A stretch of 64,000 nucleotides of DNA from a virus. Position 1 is the stretch's first letter. Each line of letters opens with the position of its first letter. Shown here one piece after another: positions 40,264-51,173 of the stretch. The notes beneath the pieces were generated by a model. It saw only the letters and a list, made by a program, of their open reading frames with translations, was not told where the DNA came from and did not search any database. Position numbers and translations under genes: made by a program. Location: UHGV virus genome UHGV-1421865, one strand, 5' to 3'.

Positions 40264-40851
40264 TTATTGTAATTGTAGTTTAATGTCTTCGAATGTTTTA
40301 TTTAACTCGTTGTACACCGACAGAAAACCGCTGCATCTTAGGATTTCTCTGAATTTATTCACCATCTTTTCAAGACATTTATCGATAGCGTGCAACTCTT
40401 CTTTGGTATATGTCATGTTATCCAAATCACCATAGCTCAAATTTATGTACCCACTATTGCGATAAATAGTCAGGTAAGACGTAAATTCATTAGTAGGGGG
40501 ATTTACAACCGTAGTAAACGATACTCTAAACATATCGTTTGTACCGACCGGTGCAACATCGATAGAATAATAGTTTATAATAAAGCCATTTTCCTCGGGT
40601 ACGAATTTATATAAACCAGATTTGTGGTCTAGCGCTGTTCGAAAGTCTTTATTTGTAACAGTTTTGTATTCGTTCGAAAACTTACGAAGTACATCTAACG
40701 TCTTCAAACTTTCGACAATACCTTCTTTTTGTCCGTCACAGAAATCGTTAAAGTGATTAAACTTTTCTTTAATACGTTCTATAAGTGTACTTTCCTGTTG
40801 GTTTTGTTTGTACGTCTTAAACAAGGATTCCATTTCGCTTGCAATGTTCAT
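40264..40851 (-). CDS. Paralog family member C
   Basis: FNHFNDFCDGQKEGIVESL; LDHKSGLYKF is shared with member D. Confidence 0.55.
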   Translation of the reverse strand: MNIASEMESLFKTYKQNQQESTLIERIKEKFNHFNDFCDGQKEGIVESLKTLDVLRKFSNEYKTVTNKDFRTALDHKSGLYKFVPEENGFIINYYSIDVAPVGTNDMFRVSFTTVVNPPTNEFTSYLTIYRNSGYINLSYGDLDNMTYTKEELHAIDKCLEKMVNKFREILRCSGFLSVYNELNKTFEDIKLQLQ

Positions 40852-41408
40852 AGTAGTTCTTTTTTAATTTGTTCTAATGTTTTCTTTAGTTCGTCGTTCA
40901 CCGATTTGAAATTACTGCTGTATTTGATCTCGTTAAATTTCTTAATCATCTTATCAAGACACTTTTCGATAGTACACAACTCTGCGTTGTTATAGCAGTC
41001 CATTTTCTTTATATCGGCATAGTTTACTATTCTATGACAACCGTAGCGATAAATTACAAGACGCGTAATAAATTCGTTATTTTCTTCACCATTTACAGTA
41101 AAATCGACTACCACACTAAATCCCTCGCCTGTCGAAGGTACTGTTTCATAATTTTCACCGTAGCGTATAATAACACTTCTATTTTCACGCTGGAATTTGT
41201 ACAAACCATTTTTATGATCTAACTCACTGGGAAGTATTTCTGCGGAGAAGTCATTGATAACATCCAACATATTCAATCCGTCGGCGATAGCTTCTTTGTT
41301 TTCCAAAAAGAATTTACGAAAGAAATTGAACTTTTCTTGTATACGACTTATAATAACAAGCTTATTTTCTTTTTTCTTGTTTTTGTGTTCTTCCAACACC
41401 GCTATCAA
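40848..41408 (-). CDS. Paralog family member D
   Basis: FNFFRKFFLENKEAIADGL; LDHKNGLYKF. Confidence 0.55.
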   Translation of the reverse strand: MIAVLEEHKNKKKENKLVIISRIQEKFNFFRKFFLENKEAIADGLNMLDVINDFSAEILPSELDHKNGLYKFQRENRSVIIRYGENYETVPSTGEGFSVVVDFTVNGEENNEFITRLVIYRYGCHRIVNYADIKKMDCYNNAELCTIEKCLDKMIKKFNEIKYSSNFKSVNDELKKTLEQIKKELL

Positions 41409-41449
41409 TTCACTTGTGATACTTATATTCTGAGGACTTTATTGTTATA

Positions 41450-41487
41450 TATATATTATATAGTCTACTTTGTGAACAAAATCAGCA
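41450..41487 (-). promoter_or_regulatory. Sigma70-like promoter with the conserved spacer (cTGATT-N17-TATATAAT)
   Basis: On the minus strand: cTGATTttgttcacaaagtagacTATATAAT, upstream of the paralog array. Confidence 0.55.
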
Positions 41488-41585
41488 TGTAAAACATACA
41501 AAATCAGTGTACTTGTGCACAAAAATCAATGTACCAAATTAGAATAGAGTGATTTTCAAATAAGACGTATATAAAGAACACCGAC

Positions 41586-41867
41586 ATGTCTATCACCGAG
41601 ACTAATACACACACCAGTACGAGCGCCATACAGTGGCCCGGTTATGTCTTTATATATAAGAACGAAAACAATCGCATTGTAATATATTTCTATAAAGGTC
41701 TGGAATACAATGAGTTAGACTTGTCTGAAATAGACGTACCGTATGAAATAGAATATATAAGTGACGGTGCTGTCAAACTATCGTTTTTAACTGATATTTC
41801 TTATATAAAATGTAAGTTAGTAAAAACAGACGGGTCATACGAGTATATCCGATATAAATCAAACTAA
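41586..41867 (+). CDS. Hypothetical protein
   Basis: 93-aa ORF. Confidence 0.45.
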   Translation: MSITETNTHTSTSAIQWPGYVFIYKNENNRIVIYFYKGLEYNELDLSEIDVPYEIEYISDGAVKLSFLTDISYIKCKLVKTDGSYEYIRYKSN

Positions 41868-41880
41868 AACGAATCAAAAT

Positions 41881-42186
41881 ATGGACATCACAGAATATCA
41901 AGAAACAATAAAGAACTTTGCAACATACAATCACGATTTGGGTGCGTTCTTAGTACCGTATAACATCGGTGCCGCTGTGGGTACATTGCAGACCAAAATA
42001 GCTAATATAATGAACACGGACAGTACGGCGATAACAGAACGCGACAAGATCAGTTTAGCTATCAGCATAGGCGATATATTACAGCAACTGTCTTATATGA
42101 CATCCGAACTGGGTCTGTCGTTAGAAGAAGTAATCGCTCTTAATATAAAGAAAAACGCATCGCAGCAACCGAAACGAGAATTCTAA
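41881..42186 (+). CDS. MazG-like nucleotide pyrophosphohydrolase-fold protein (tentative)
   Basis: C-terminal LAISIGDILQQLSYMTSELGLSLEEVIALNIKK resembles the MazG family helix pair. The N-terminal EExGE motif is not conserved. Confidence 0.35.
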   Translation: MDITEYQETIKNFATYNHDLGAFLVPYNIGAAVGTLQTKIANIMNTDSTAITERDKISLAISIGDILQQLSYMTSELGLSLEEVIALNIKKNASQQPKREF

Positions 42187-42189
42187 TCT

Positions 42190-42642
42190 ATGAACAAAAG
42201 AAGATACAAAGAGTACAGTGTTGTTATAAATACGAATCCAAATAATTCCGTACTAAATTACGAGTACGATCCGGAGAAGAACATTCATATAACAAACATC
42301 GGTTCGGGTACATTCTATAAAACTTACTATAAAAAAGAACTAGTCAACACCGGTACAGCCAATACTGGTACAGTCAACACCAATACGAACAACACTACAG
42401 TCTACCCGACGTCACTAACCGACGTTTTTAATAAGTACAAAACCGAACTAGAAAATGACAAGTTAAATGCCTATCGACTGTACAACAACGTCGATGAGGA
42501 GGCTATATTAAAGGTAATAAAGAACGGTAACGGACATATTTATCTTAAAAGAATGCCCTCCGGTCACTACTACGACGACACTGTTATCGACCGTCTCGAA
42601 CTATTACTGACAAATACCGAAAATGATGTCAAAAATAAGTGA
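42190..42642 (+). CDS. Hypothetical protein
   Basis: 150-aa ORF. Confidence 0.45.
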   Translation: MNKRRYKEYSVVINTNPNNSVLNYEYDPEKNIHITNIGSGTFYKTYYKKELVNTGTANTGTVNTNTNNTTVYPTSLTDVFNKYKTELENDKLNAYRLYNNVDEEAILKVIKNGNGHIYLKRMPSGHYYDDTVIDRLELLLTNTENDVKNK

Positions 42643-42647
42643 TTTAT

Positions 42648-42690
42648 TTGTTGTTTCGATCTATTATATAAATAGATTTATTTGTAACTA
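42648..42690 (+). terminator. Possible hairpin terminator
   Basis: atctattatataaatagat inverted repeat after the stop codon. Confidence 0.35.
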
Positions 42691-42707
42691 ATTCAGAACA
42701 ATATAAC

Positions 42708-44606
42708 ATGGGAAAAATTCATATCACAGACTGGTCACGCGACGTGTGTGGAGAATACCAGGCAAAAGAAAAGGAACGTCATGAACGCGAAGACGAACAG
42801 TATCATTTTGCTGCAAAGCATTACGAGGAAGAGAACCCCAACCATATTTCCGACGAGGAGTTTTTGAAAATGATTCCTTATAAGATAGTACATCTCACTA
42901 ATAACAAGTTGTACTATGCCGTTTCGTTTGCCGCTATCCTTCAAAATATGCAAGGACAGGTGAATCCGTTTGATACTTTCTTTTTGCTTATCGACAATAC
43001 ATGGGACGCAAACAAACGATTCGGTTTCTTCCCGTTCTTTAAGCGACTCGCAAAGGCCAAGGACTTCAATGAAGTATCGACGATTCTCCGAAATAAACTC
43101 GACTACATCAAAAATTATGAATTCGGTTTTTATGTAGCTCCGATGGAACGTCACCTCGAAGTTATCTATATGGATAAAGACTCGTTTAAGATGCCGAACC
43201 TCACCGGTGATACCCCCCAGTACGAAGACGGTGTTGATTATAAGAAGATTTTACCTAAAATGGTTACACCGCGCGGTGACAAATTTACGAACAAGACGAT
43301 TGAAGAACAGATTAAGTTAGGTGTAGTACCGGAACTCTCCACCGATTTCGTCGGACGAACTATTCCCGCTATTTCTGAAGAAGCAGAACGACTAATCGCA
43401 GAACGTAACGCTCGCCGTGCTACAGATGTGCCTCATACTGTTTCTGACAGTGCTGTTGATACTACTAATGATACAGCCGGTGATACACTCAATGATACAG
43501 TACATGATACTACTAAAGATGCTGATTTACAAGCCGTTAACTCAACCAATAATGTAAGCGGTGATACAGTAGATGATACAGTCATTGATACAACGACTGA
43601 TATGTCGACGACGACGGCCACTATTAAAGACACTAATATAGTTAACAATACAGGCCGTACAAGTTCAGTACCAGATACCGATGTAGGACATGTCGATAAC
43701 ACAGTTGTAGACAGTAATAGAGACGATACAAGCGCAAAACAAGTACCGAAACTAGTATTGCCGGGTATTAAAATGGAAAGTTTGTATATCGACGATCAAT
43801 TTACATTGAATCAAAAGTATAAATTGCTAAATATCACGTTAAGTAATGCTATATTAGAAGCTCGTAAAAACGGACTGGTATTTTCCAAACAAGACTTGTT
43901 GAACCTTAATAAGACGTTTAATAAAACAATACTAGATAATATCTTGGACGACCCGGAAGAAGGGCCACCCAAGACACCGAAGACGGACTTTTATCGGTCT
44001 ATAATGTCTTATTATAAGAACAACAAAACAGACTGTGTCGTACTGGGTCTACAACAACTGGAGACTTTTAAGAATGCCAAGGCACCCCCTACAGATAGAT
44101 CAAAGTTCGACAACAGTATGCCGAAACGTGCCGGGTGTGTGACAATGGTACAACCCACACCGATGCAACCAAGCCCGACAGTGCAAGTTTCGTGTACGGA
44201 GCAGTACAAAAAAGACATGGATGAGGCTTACAAGAAAATGTTAGGTGACTGTGAATTTTATTGTATGTTTATAAATCCTGTGTTGAACAGTATGCTGCAA
44301 CAACTTTTAGGGGACTATATAAAAGCTGTATCACAAAATCCAGAATTTGCAGATCCCAATTCGTCCAGTGGTATACAAAAGTGTGCATCTAATTATACGA
44401 ACAATGTAAATAGATGTCCTGACATTTGTAAGTCACAGTTTATGACGGGTGCCGTACAATATCAAGTACAGTTCAATGCAATCAGTACAGTAACTGCAAT
44501 GTCAGAACTATTAAAGCGTATTGCTAGTGGTGAAAGCCCGATGGACATGTGTAATTCATTTATGATTACCGGTACGCAGTTCGCAGACTTTTTGTTACAG
44601 CACTAA
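42708..44606 (+). CDS. Hypothetical protein of 632 aa with a Thr/Asp-rich low-complexity repeat region
   Basis: Degenerate repeats DTxxDT (VDTTNDTAGDTLNDTVHDTTKD...) in the middle, and a Cys-rich C-terminus. Confidence 0.5.
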   Translation: MGKIHITDWSRDVCGEYQAKEKERHEREDEQYHFAAKHYEEENPNHISDEEFLKMIPYKIVHLTNNKLYYAVSFAAILQNMQGQVNPFDTFFLLIDNTWDANKRFGFFPFFKRLAKAKDFNEVSTILRNKLDYIKNYEFGFYVAPMERHLEVIYMDKDSFKMPNLTGDTPQYEDGVDYKKILPKMVTPRGDKFTNKTIEEQIKLGVVPELSTDFVGRTIPAISEEAERLIAERNARRATDVPHTVSDSAVDTTNDTAGDTLNDTVHDTTKDADLQAVNSTNNVSGDTVDDTVIDTTTDMSTTTATIKDTNIVNNTGRTSSVPDTDVGHVDNTVVDSNRDDTSAKQVPKLVLPGIKMESLYIDDQFTLNQKYKLLNITLSNAILEARKNGLVFSKQDLLNLNKTFNKTILDNILDDPEEGPPKTPKTDFYRSIMSYYKNNKTDCVVLGLQQLETFKNAKAPPTDRSKFDNSMPKRAGCVTMVQPTPMQPSPTVQVSCTEQYKKDMDEAYKKMLGDCEFYCMFINPVLNSMLQQLLGDYIKAVSQNPEFADPNSSSGIQKCASNYTNNVNRCPDICKSQFMTGAVQYQVQFNAISTVTAMSELLKRIASGESPMDMCNSFMITGTQFADFLLQH

Positions 44607-44623
44607 GTGCATTGTGAATAAAT

Positions 44624-45076
44624 ATGCTAATAAAAATGCAATCATTACAGAATTGGGTAGATACTAGGCAGTCTATCACAAAACCTAAGATAACCGGTGA
44701 CAGATACTGTTTATTGTACGACGAATACAAAGATGTCACGACAGAAACCAATACCCGTCACCGTGTGTACAGAATATGTGCTATTATCGATATGCCGGAA
44801 ATCGATGTTTATAAAGGCGACGTCGGTGGTTATATCGAAGAGGAAGCTAATTTAGACAATGACGAACTAAGCGGTAACACACCGTGGATATACGACGATG
44901 CCATGGTATACGCCGGTGCTCGTGTTACAGACTATGCTACAATTCACGATAGTATAAAAATAGTAGGCAATGTCTTGGTGTCCGGTTCGAGTGTGCTGGA
45001 AGGTGATGGTGTACTACAAAACTTCAAACCCGAAAGAACAGAGTTCTGTGACATGTTTATCAATCAAAATAAATAA
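44624..45076 (+). CDS. Hexapeptide / beta-helix repeat protein; paralog of the ORF at 61717..62511
   Basis: GDVGGYIEEEANL...WIYDDAMVYAGARVTDYATIHDS closely resembles GDKGGWIQTEENL...WLYNDAKVYDDAKV in the other ORF. Confidence 0.5.
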   Translation: MLIKMQSLQNWVDTRQSITKPKITGDRYCLLYDEYKDVTTETNTRHRVYRICAIIDMPEIDVYKGDVGGYIEEEANLDNDELSGNTPWIYDDAMVYAGARVTDYATIHDSIKIVGNVLVSGSSVLEGDGVLQNFKPERTEFCDMFINQNK

Positions 45077-45085
45077 GACCAACAA

Positions 45086-45904
45086 ATGTCCGATAGACTA
45101 CAAAACAAAGAAAATACGGACTTAAAACGAATCAAGAAGTGGGTAAAGCCGTGGAACAAAGCAAAGTTCGACGACTTGTACGATAGAGACGATAGATTCT
45201 TTGCTGTTATCACTAAGGGCATACTGTCTTATCTAAATGAACATATCGTTCTGTACGACAAATCTATCAATCATTTTATCTTCAATACAGGTTCGTCCTA
45301 TCTTTATATAGAGAAGAACGGTTATCAGTACAAGATGAACGAAGTAACCGGAGAGGACAATCTGTATATGAAGATGCCCCGCGGTATGGTAGAACTATCT
45401 AGTATTTCTGTTGATACTGCCGAACTGAGTAATCCTTTCGTAAGAGGACAGTACGAACGACTTAACGGCGACGTGATACAAGGATTCAATGCGACGATGC
45501 GACGTCTTCCGATAGAAATAAGTATGGAAATAAAGTACGTGCTTAGTAATTACAACGAGTCGATAGTATTGTTACAAGAACTGTACGACAAGTTGATATT
45601 CCAACGGTACTTTTATATAACATATTTAGGTGAAACAATTCAGTGTTCGATAGAGTTCGGTACCGACGCGAAACCTGAGTTTAACAAAGTTGATCTAACG
45701 TCGACGGATGTCAATCAACGTAATTTGACTATCGGTATCAAAGTAGCTACAAATTATCCGATTATAGACGAACGAACAGAGCTACTTAATGATATGATAA
45801 TTGATAATGGCACCAGGCAACAAATGACTATCAATCATAACAATGCCGATACTGGGCAGCATACAACAGACAAATTGCCCATAAGAAATATAGATAGAAC
45901 TTGA
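45086..45904 (+). CDS. Hypothetical protein
   Basis: 272-aa ORF; its TGA overlaps the ATG of the next gene. Confidence 0.5.
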   Translation: MSDRLQNKENTDLKRIKKWVKPWNKAKFDDLYDRDDRFFAVITKGILSYLNEHIVLYDKSINHFIFNTGSSYLYIEKNGYQYKMNEVTGEDNLYMKMPRGMVELSSISVDTAELSNPFVRGQYERLNGDVIQGFNATMRRLPIEISMEIKYVLSNYNESIVLLQELYDKLIFQRYFYITYLGETIQCSIEFGTDAKPEFNKVDLTSTDVNQRNLTIGIKVATNYPIIDERTELLNDMIIDNGTRQQMTINHNNADTGQHTTDKLPIRNIDRT

Positions 45905-48900
45905 ATGATAACTAATATAGATAAATTTAGTAATCTTAGATTCATTACGTCGTCGTTAAATCCGCTGGAGCTTATTGGAAAGGTATTAAAGGATGCACAA
46001 AACAGTATTATAATAAATACCTACGGAGGTCATATCGGTATCTTTGTTTGTGACGGTGTCGGTAACATCCAACGTGCAACGGCCGAATTTTCTAATGACT
46101 TCAATATCGACGGTAATGTCGCGTCTATATCCGGTGCGGTAAATGAGTTGAAACAACAAATCAAGGACCTTAGAGATGCTTTCAATAAACTAAGTGAAAA
46201 TGGAGGTAATGTTCATGTACCGTTGATTACCAATCCTCCGCTACCGAAACCGGTTGATGTGAACTTATCTACTTCGAATGTTGTTATATTGGGGGATGAA
46301 GTGGCAAAAGTCACGATTACAGTCAGGTACGATAAGAACATTCGTTTTGATAGCGATGTAATTACACCGTCTATACATAAGAAGCACAGTGATATTCGGA
46401 CTGGTCTAAAGCTGGAGAATAGAGGTAGCAATACATGTCAATATACACTAACCATTTCTAAAGGCGATGCTACAGTCAGTAATAATACTATAACGGTTAA
46501 TGTAGGTGATCTGCACGCTAGGTTAGATGTAACTGTAACCAGACAAAATGATGTATTAGCTAAAATAACAAGATTACGTGTCACACCGGATAAAATAGTA
46601 TTTAATAACGATAATCAGTCGGCAATTATAAAGGTACATAAAGACTTATCGGCGGGTACCCAAAATATCAATCAATTAAAGACAGAAATTATCTCTTCCT
46701 CTGGTATAACAATTTCTAAAGTTGAATACAGCGAGCAAGTCGATAAGTACTATGTATCGGCTTCCGGGGGTGGTGGTACAGTAGTCTTCGGTGTGGCCGA
46801 TAGAAATTGGAATCCGGGTGTAGATAACACAAGTATTTCTATTACCGATAACAGAACAGTCGTTACACCGTCTGTAGTTCCAACACCCCCAACACCGAAA
46901 GCATTGCGTCGTATATCGAAGGTGATAGTAGAAGGTAATACTGGTATTGCTAATTCAGTACAATTCAAGGCAGGTACAGTTAAGACATTTAAGTATACTG
47001 CAGACTATGTAGGTGAACAAGAAGACGACTATACTAATAACATCTATATTGCATCTAAGGACGGTATCACAGTTGAAGTAGACAAAAAAACTAAAACAAT
47101 TACGTTCACTACACCGCGCACTTTAAGTGCTAAATCAGATGTCATATTTGACGTAATGTCTAATAACAAAGTAGTAGGTACAATACATGTTAACGTAACG
47201 GCACTTGAAATTCAACGTATATCGTCTGTAAGGGTAAACAACGGTGAACCTATAAGTATCACAGCGGGTACCGACAAGAAAGTATCGTACGAGATTGTGT
47301 CTTATAATGGCGAACTACCTGATAACGATACTAATAACATTGAGATTGCATCTAAGGATAATATAAACGTTACAGTAAATACAAAAGAAAAGACGATTAC
47401 ATTCCATACGGAAAGGACTTTAAGTGCTAAACAAGTCGACTTTGATATAACATCTAATAACAAAGTAGTAGATACAATACATGTTAATGTTAAGGCACTG
47501 CCTCTTAGACGTATAACTAAGATAACGGTAAATACTACTAATTCAGTACAATTCAAGGCCGGTACAGACACTACTGTTAACTACACTGTAACATACAACG
47601 GTAGCCCAGAAGACACTATTAGTGACAACAATACAGACAACATCGAGATTGCGTCAACACCCGACGTCATGGTTGGTATAAATCCTGTAGGAAAACAAAT
47701 TATGTTTAGTACAGAAAGCAATCTGGGTAAAAAATCAGTCGACTTTACTGTAACGTCGAACGGGGAAATAGTAGGTACAGTGCATGTTGATGTGACAGCT
47801 CAAGAGCCTCGACGTATAAGTGAAGTCCGAGTAAACGACAATAAACCGGTAAGTATCACAGCGGGTACCGACAAGAAAGTATCGTACGACATTATAGCTT
47901 ATAAAGGTGAACTACCAGATAACAATACAGACAACATTGAGGTTGTATCACCGGACAGTAGCATCACTGTTAAAGTAGACAAAACAAATAAGTCAATTAC
48001 GTTCACTACACCTCGCACTTTAAGTAGCCAATCGCATACCTTTAATGTGACATGTAACGGTAATAAAGTAGGCACAGTAAATGTTAACATTACGGCATTG
48101 CCAATTAGACGTATAACTAATGTAAGTGTAAACGGTGGTAGACCTGTAAGTCTCGCGGCCGGTGACGGTACTACTGTGGACTATACTGTAGCATACAACG
48201 GTAGCTCAGAAAACACCAATAGTGACAACAATACAGACAACATTGAAATCGTATCAAAGGACAATATCAATGTTATATTAGACCCTCGGAGAAAAAAAAT
48301 CACGTTCAGATTATCGCTCGATGTAATAAGTGCTAAATCGGTTAGCTTTGATATAATGTCTAACGGTACGAAAGTAGGTGAGGTAAATGTTGTGTTGCGT
48401 TATAATATAGTTCTTAAAAACGGATTAGGTGAGAATCCTATGATTCTGGTTCAGAATAGACGTGTCGCATTATCTGACTTAGCAAAGATTACCGGTACCT
48501 ACGGTACGCTTAAATACAAGTCATCTGTCTTTGCTTTAGAGAATCTTGATAATGAGTTGCAGTTTACAGAAAATGAAAACAAGCAGGGTACAGTTACGCT
48601 TTATGTAAAGGAAGACCCGACAGTCGAAAAATCGTTTACCGTTAAAATGTATAAGGCTTCGAGGGCAGAGATATATGCAGACGGAAAAGATTTAACAAGC
48701 GGTGTATTACGACGTGATCTACCGTTACAGTTAGCTACTAGATTTATTGACGGTGGTGTTACATTCTTTAATGATACCAATACGTTTAGAAAAGAAGTTA
48801 CATGGTCAGTTGAAAATGTCCATGGTAATACTAAAGTTGTAGATGCAATAGATCAAAACGGTCAGTTTAGAGTAGACAATGCTAGTGAATATAATATAAC

Positions 48901-50710
48901 GGGTATACTTACATATAAGTTGGCTAATGGCCGTGAAGTTTACAGAGAAAGTCTTTTTAAGCGAATTACAGTGTCCAACGATGAACTGAAGCGTCCTCGA
49001 TTTATATCATTAGACCCCGAGAATATCGAAATCACAGCCGGTACATCTAAAGAAATAGGATATAAGATAACATCACATAAAGGTACAGATATTACCGACG
49101 GTCAACAAGATACTATAACTGTAAAGCCTAAAAACGCTGAAGATAACAGACTTGTCGACATTACTGTAATGTTGGGTGATAATAAAATACGAATAACACC
49201 GAAAGTTACAGATAAAAATAAAACTGTTACATTAGGCATTTATGACGCGGACGATCGCCTAGTAAGAAATTTTGACGTGAAAATTAAAGGTGTTCAGAGG
49301 CACGGTCTGATACTAAAAGAAGGTGTAAAAACGCCGCTTGTTTTGTTTAAGGACAATACTATAGACTATAATGATTTAGTAACTGTTACAAATCGTTACG
49401 GTAATGAGAAAGAAAACCTAGTAGTTACATCACAGGATTTCAAGTTGGGTGGAGCATCTACTAGTTACTATATAATTGGAGATGAAACAAAACGTGGTAC
49501 TATAACGGTCAGCCTTCCTGGTGACGATAGTATGTCCTTAGATATAGATGTTCAACAGTATAAACGACCTGAAGTAACAATCAATGAAGGCAATCAGACT
49601 ATATTCAGGGATGAAAAGAAGCGGTTTACAGTAACATATCATATAGATTCGGATAATATCGACGTGCGAACTCGAGATGAATTTAGGTATGAAATAGAAT
49701 GGTCTGTACGTAAAGAGTTTAATAAACCAATTATCGGTACTATAAATCAAAATACTGGTGAATTTATACCGCAGGCAGAAGGTGAATGTACAGTAGAAGC
49801 AACGGTAACACACTTTAAGCTTAACAACGTTATATATACTCAAACGATTACTAGAAAGGTAACAGTAAAGGCATCTGACAATGCGAATTATGTATTACGT
49901 GCTACACAACCAGTTAAAAAAGTGGAAATCAACCAATTTAATATAACTGATACAATTGGTGTATCTGCGGACGTTATCTTAACATCTACACGTAACGGTA
50001 ATTATGAAATACCTAGTGTTGAAGTAATAACTAATAACGGTGCTCCAAAATCAGCTATAAATTATTATTTAACACGAGTAGAAGGTACTAATAATTGTAA
50101 ATTAACAATAGCATCTGCGACACATTCTACTACAAATGGACAAAATCTAAAGGGTGCTACAGGTATTGTTAAATTAACATTAGGTAAGGGTAGTAGGAAT
50201 GAACAAAATGTAGAAATACCCTTTGTGAAGAACTACGACACACCACTTAACGGTATATATGCAGACGATAAGACCGTAGTAATACGTAATACAGATAAAG
50301 ACAAGTCTGCAACTATTAGCGGCACAATTCGTTATAGTGATAAAGTTAATAATGTTGTACAAAGAGATGCCAATGGTGTCGTAAGACCAGTGAGTAACTT
50401 ATATACTATAAATACAACACTGAATGAGTGGAACGAACGTAATCCTAATGACAACAAATGGAATGATTGGCAAATAGGTAAAATTAGTAGTGGTGATAGA
50501 TTTAGTATACCTGTATCAGTAATGTATCCGAATGAATCGACTGGTTATGAATCTAATATGAGAATCTACTCAGAGGTCGACCCGAACTGGTCTGCAGATG
50601 TACATTTAGTTTATTGGAGCGAAAACGGTGATAATTCACTTATCGAACCGACAGTATCACCTTCACCGGTACCGACGGGAGATACATCTGCGTCCACACC
50701 AAAACCATAA
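45905..50710 (+). CDS. Ig-like (BIG-type) tandem-repeat structural protein of 1601 aa
   Basis: About seven tandem domains of roughly 100 aa, each with the pattern IT(F)TTPRTLSAKS...VGTIHVNVTALPIRRI; the C-terminal remainder is beta-rich. Confidence 0.65.
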   Translation: MITNIDKFSNLRFITSSLNPLELIGKVLKDAQNSIIINTYGGHIGIFVCDGVGNIQRATAEFSNDFNIDGNVASISGAVNELKQQIKDLRDAFNKLSENGGNVHVPLITNPPLPKPVDVNLSTSNVVILGDEVAKVTITVRYDKNIRFDSDVITPSIHKKHSDIRTGLKLENRGSNTCQYTLTISKGDATVSNNTITVNVGDLHARLDVTVTRQNDVLAKITRLRVTPDKIVFNNDNQSAIIKVHKDLSAGTQNINQLKTEIISSSGITISKVEYSEQVDKYYVSASGGGGTVVFGVADRNWNPGVDNTSISITDNRTVVTPSVVPTPPTPKALRRISKVIVEGNTGIANSVQFKAGTVKTFKYTADYVGEQEDDYTNNIYIASKDGITVEVDKKTKTITFTTPRTLSAKSDVIFDVMSNNKVVGTIHVNVTALEIQRISSVRVNNGEPISITAGTDKKVSYEIVSYNGELPDNDTNNIEIASKDNINVTVNTKEKTITFHTERTLSAKQVDFDITSNNKVVDTIHVNVKALPLRRITKITVNTTNSVQFKAGTDTTVNYTVTYNGSPEDTISDNNTDNIEIASTPDVMVGINPVGKQIMFSTESNLGKKSVDFTVTSNGEIVGTVHVDVTAQEPRRISEVRVNDNKPVSITAGTDKKVSYDIIAYKGELPDNNTDNIEVVSPDSSITVKVDKTNKSITFTTPRTLSSQSHTFNVTCNGNKVGTVNVNITALPIRRITNVSVNGGRPVSLAAGDGTTVDYTVAYNGSSENTNSDNNTDNIEIVSKDNINVILDPRRKKITFRLSLDVISAKSVSFDIMSNGTKVGEVNVVLRYNIVLKNGLGENPMILVQNRRVALSDLAKITGTYGTLKYKSSVFALENLDNELQFTENENKQGTVTLYVKEDPTVEKSFTVKMYKASRAEIYADGKDLTSGVLRRDLPLQLATRFIDGGVTFFNDTNTFRKEVTWSVENVHGNTKVVDAIDQNGQFRVDNASEYNITGILTYKLANGREVYRESLFKRITVSNDELKRPRFISLDPENIEITAGTSKEIGYKITSHKGTDITDGQQDTITVKPKNAEDNRLVDITVMLGDNKIRITPKVTDKNKTVTLGIYDADDRLVRNFDVKIKGVQRHGLILKEGVKTPLVLFKDNTIDYNDLVTVTNRYGNEKENLVVTSQDFKLGGASTSYYIIGDETKRGTITVSLPGDDSMSLDIDVQQYKRPEVTINEGNQTIFRDEKKRFTVTYHIDSDNIDVRTRDEFRYEIEWSVRKEFNKPIIGTINQNTGEFIPQAEGECTVEATVTHFKLNNVIYTQTITRKVTVKASDNANYVLRATQPVKKVEINQFNITDTIGVSADVILTSTRNGNYEIPSVEVITNNGAPKSAINYYLTRVEGTNNCKLTIASATHSTTNGQNLKGATGIVKLTLGKGSRNEQNVEIPFVKNYDTPLNGIYADDKTVVIRNTDKDKSATISGTIRYSDKVNNVVQRDANGVVRPVSNLYTINTTLNEWNERNPNDNKWNDWQIGKISSGDRFSIPVSVMYPNESTGYESNMRIYSEVDPNWSADVHLVYWSENGDNSLIEPTVSPSPVPTGDTSASTPKP

Positions 50711-50720
50711 TGTACAGAAC

Positions 50721-51173
50721 ATGGGATTTGATATTAAAACGTTAAAACCGAATAAAAATGGTCGATATAAACAAGGTTATTTAGATAAATCACAATGTAA
50801 GAAATTAGTATGTGAAAATAATGAGCCTGTTATATATCGTTCCGGTCTGGAATTAAAGTTTATTAAATACTGTGAGACGAATCCGCTGATCAAACGTTGG
50901 GGGTCTGAAATAATCAAAATAGATTACTACAACCCCCTTCGTGAGAAGATGTGTGAGTATTTTCCGGATTATGTGATAGAACATACCGACGGGCAGAAGT
51001 TTATTGTTGAAATTAAACCGTACGAGCAAACCAAGAAGCCACGGAAGAAAGCGTCACAATGGTTGAAAGAGCAATATGTTATCAACGTTTCTAAATGGCG
51101 TGCAGCTCAGGCATACGCTACGGCAAATAACGTTAAGTTCGTTGTTGTCACAGAACGGTTCTTCGGTCACTGA
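50721..51173 (+). CDS. Possible PD-(D/E)xK-fold nuclease-like protein; start moved to the internal ATG
   Basis: FPDYVIEHTDGQKFIVEIKPYEQ looks like a D...E.K core. This is tentative. Confidence 0.35.
   Translation: MGFDIKTLKPNKNGRYKQGYLDKSQCKKLVCENNEPVIYRSGLELKFIKYCETNPLIKRWGSEIIKIDYYNPLREKMCEYFPDYVIEHTDGQKFIVEIKPYEQTKKPRKKASQWLKEQYVINVSKWRAAQAYATANNVKFVVVTERFFGH

Noticed and set aside
43420-43720. Thr/Asp-rich DNA repeats (gatacag / gatact) as a possible DGR template or variable region
   Set aside because: No reverse transcriptase gene, no second TR/VR copy with adenine-specific differences. It looks like simple low-complexity coding repeats.
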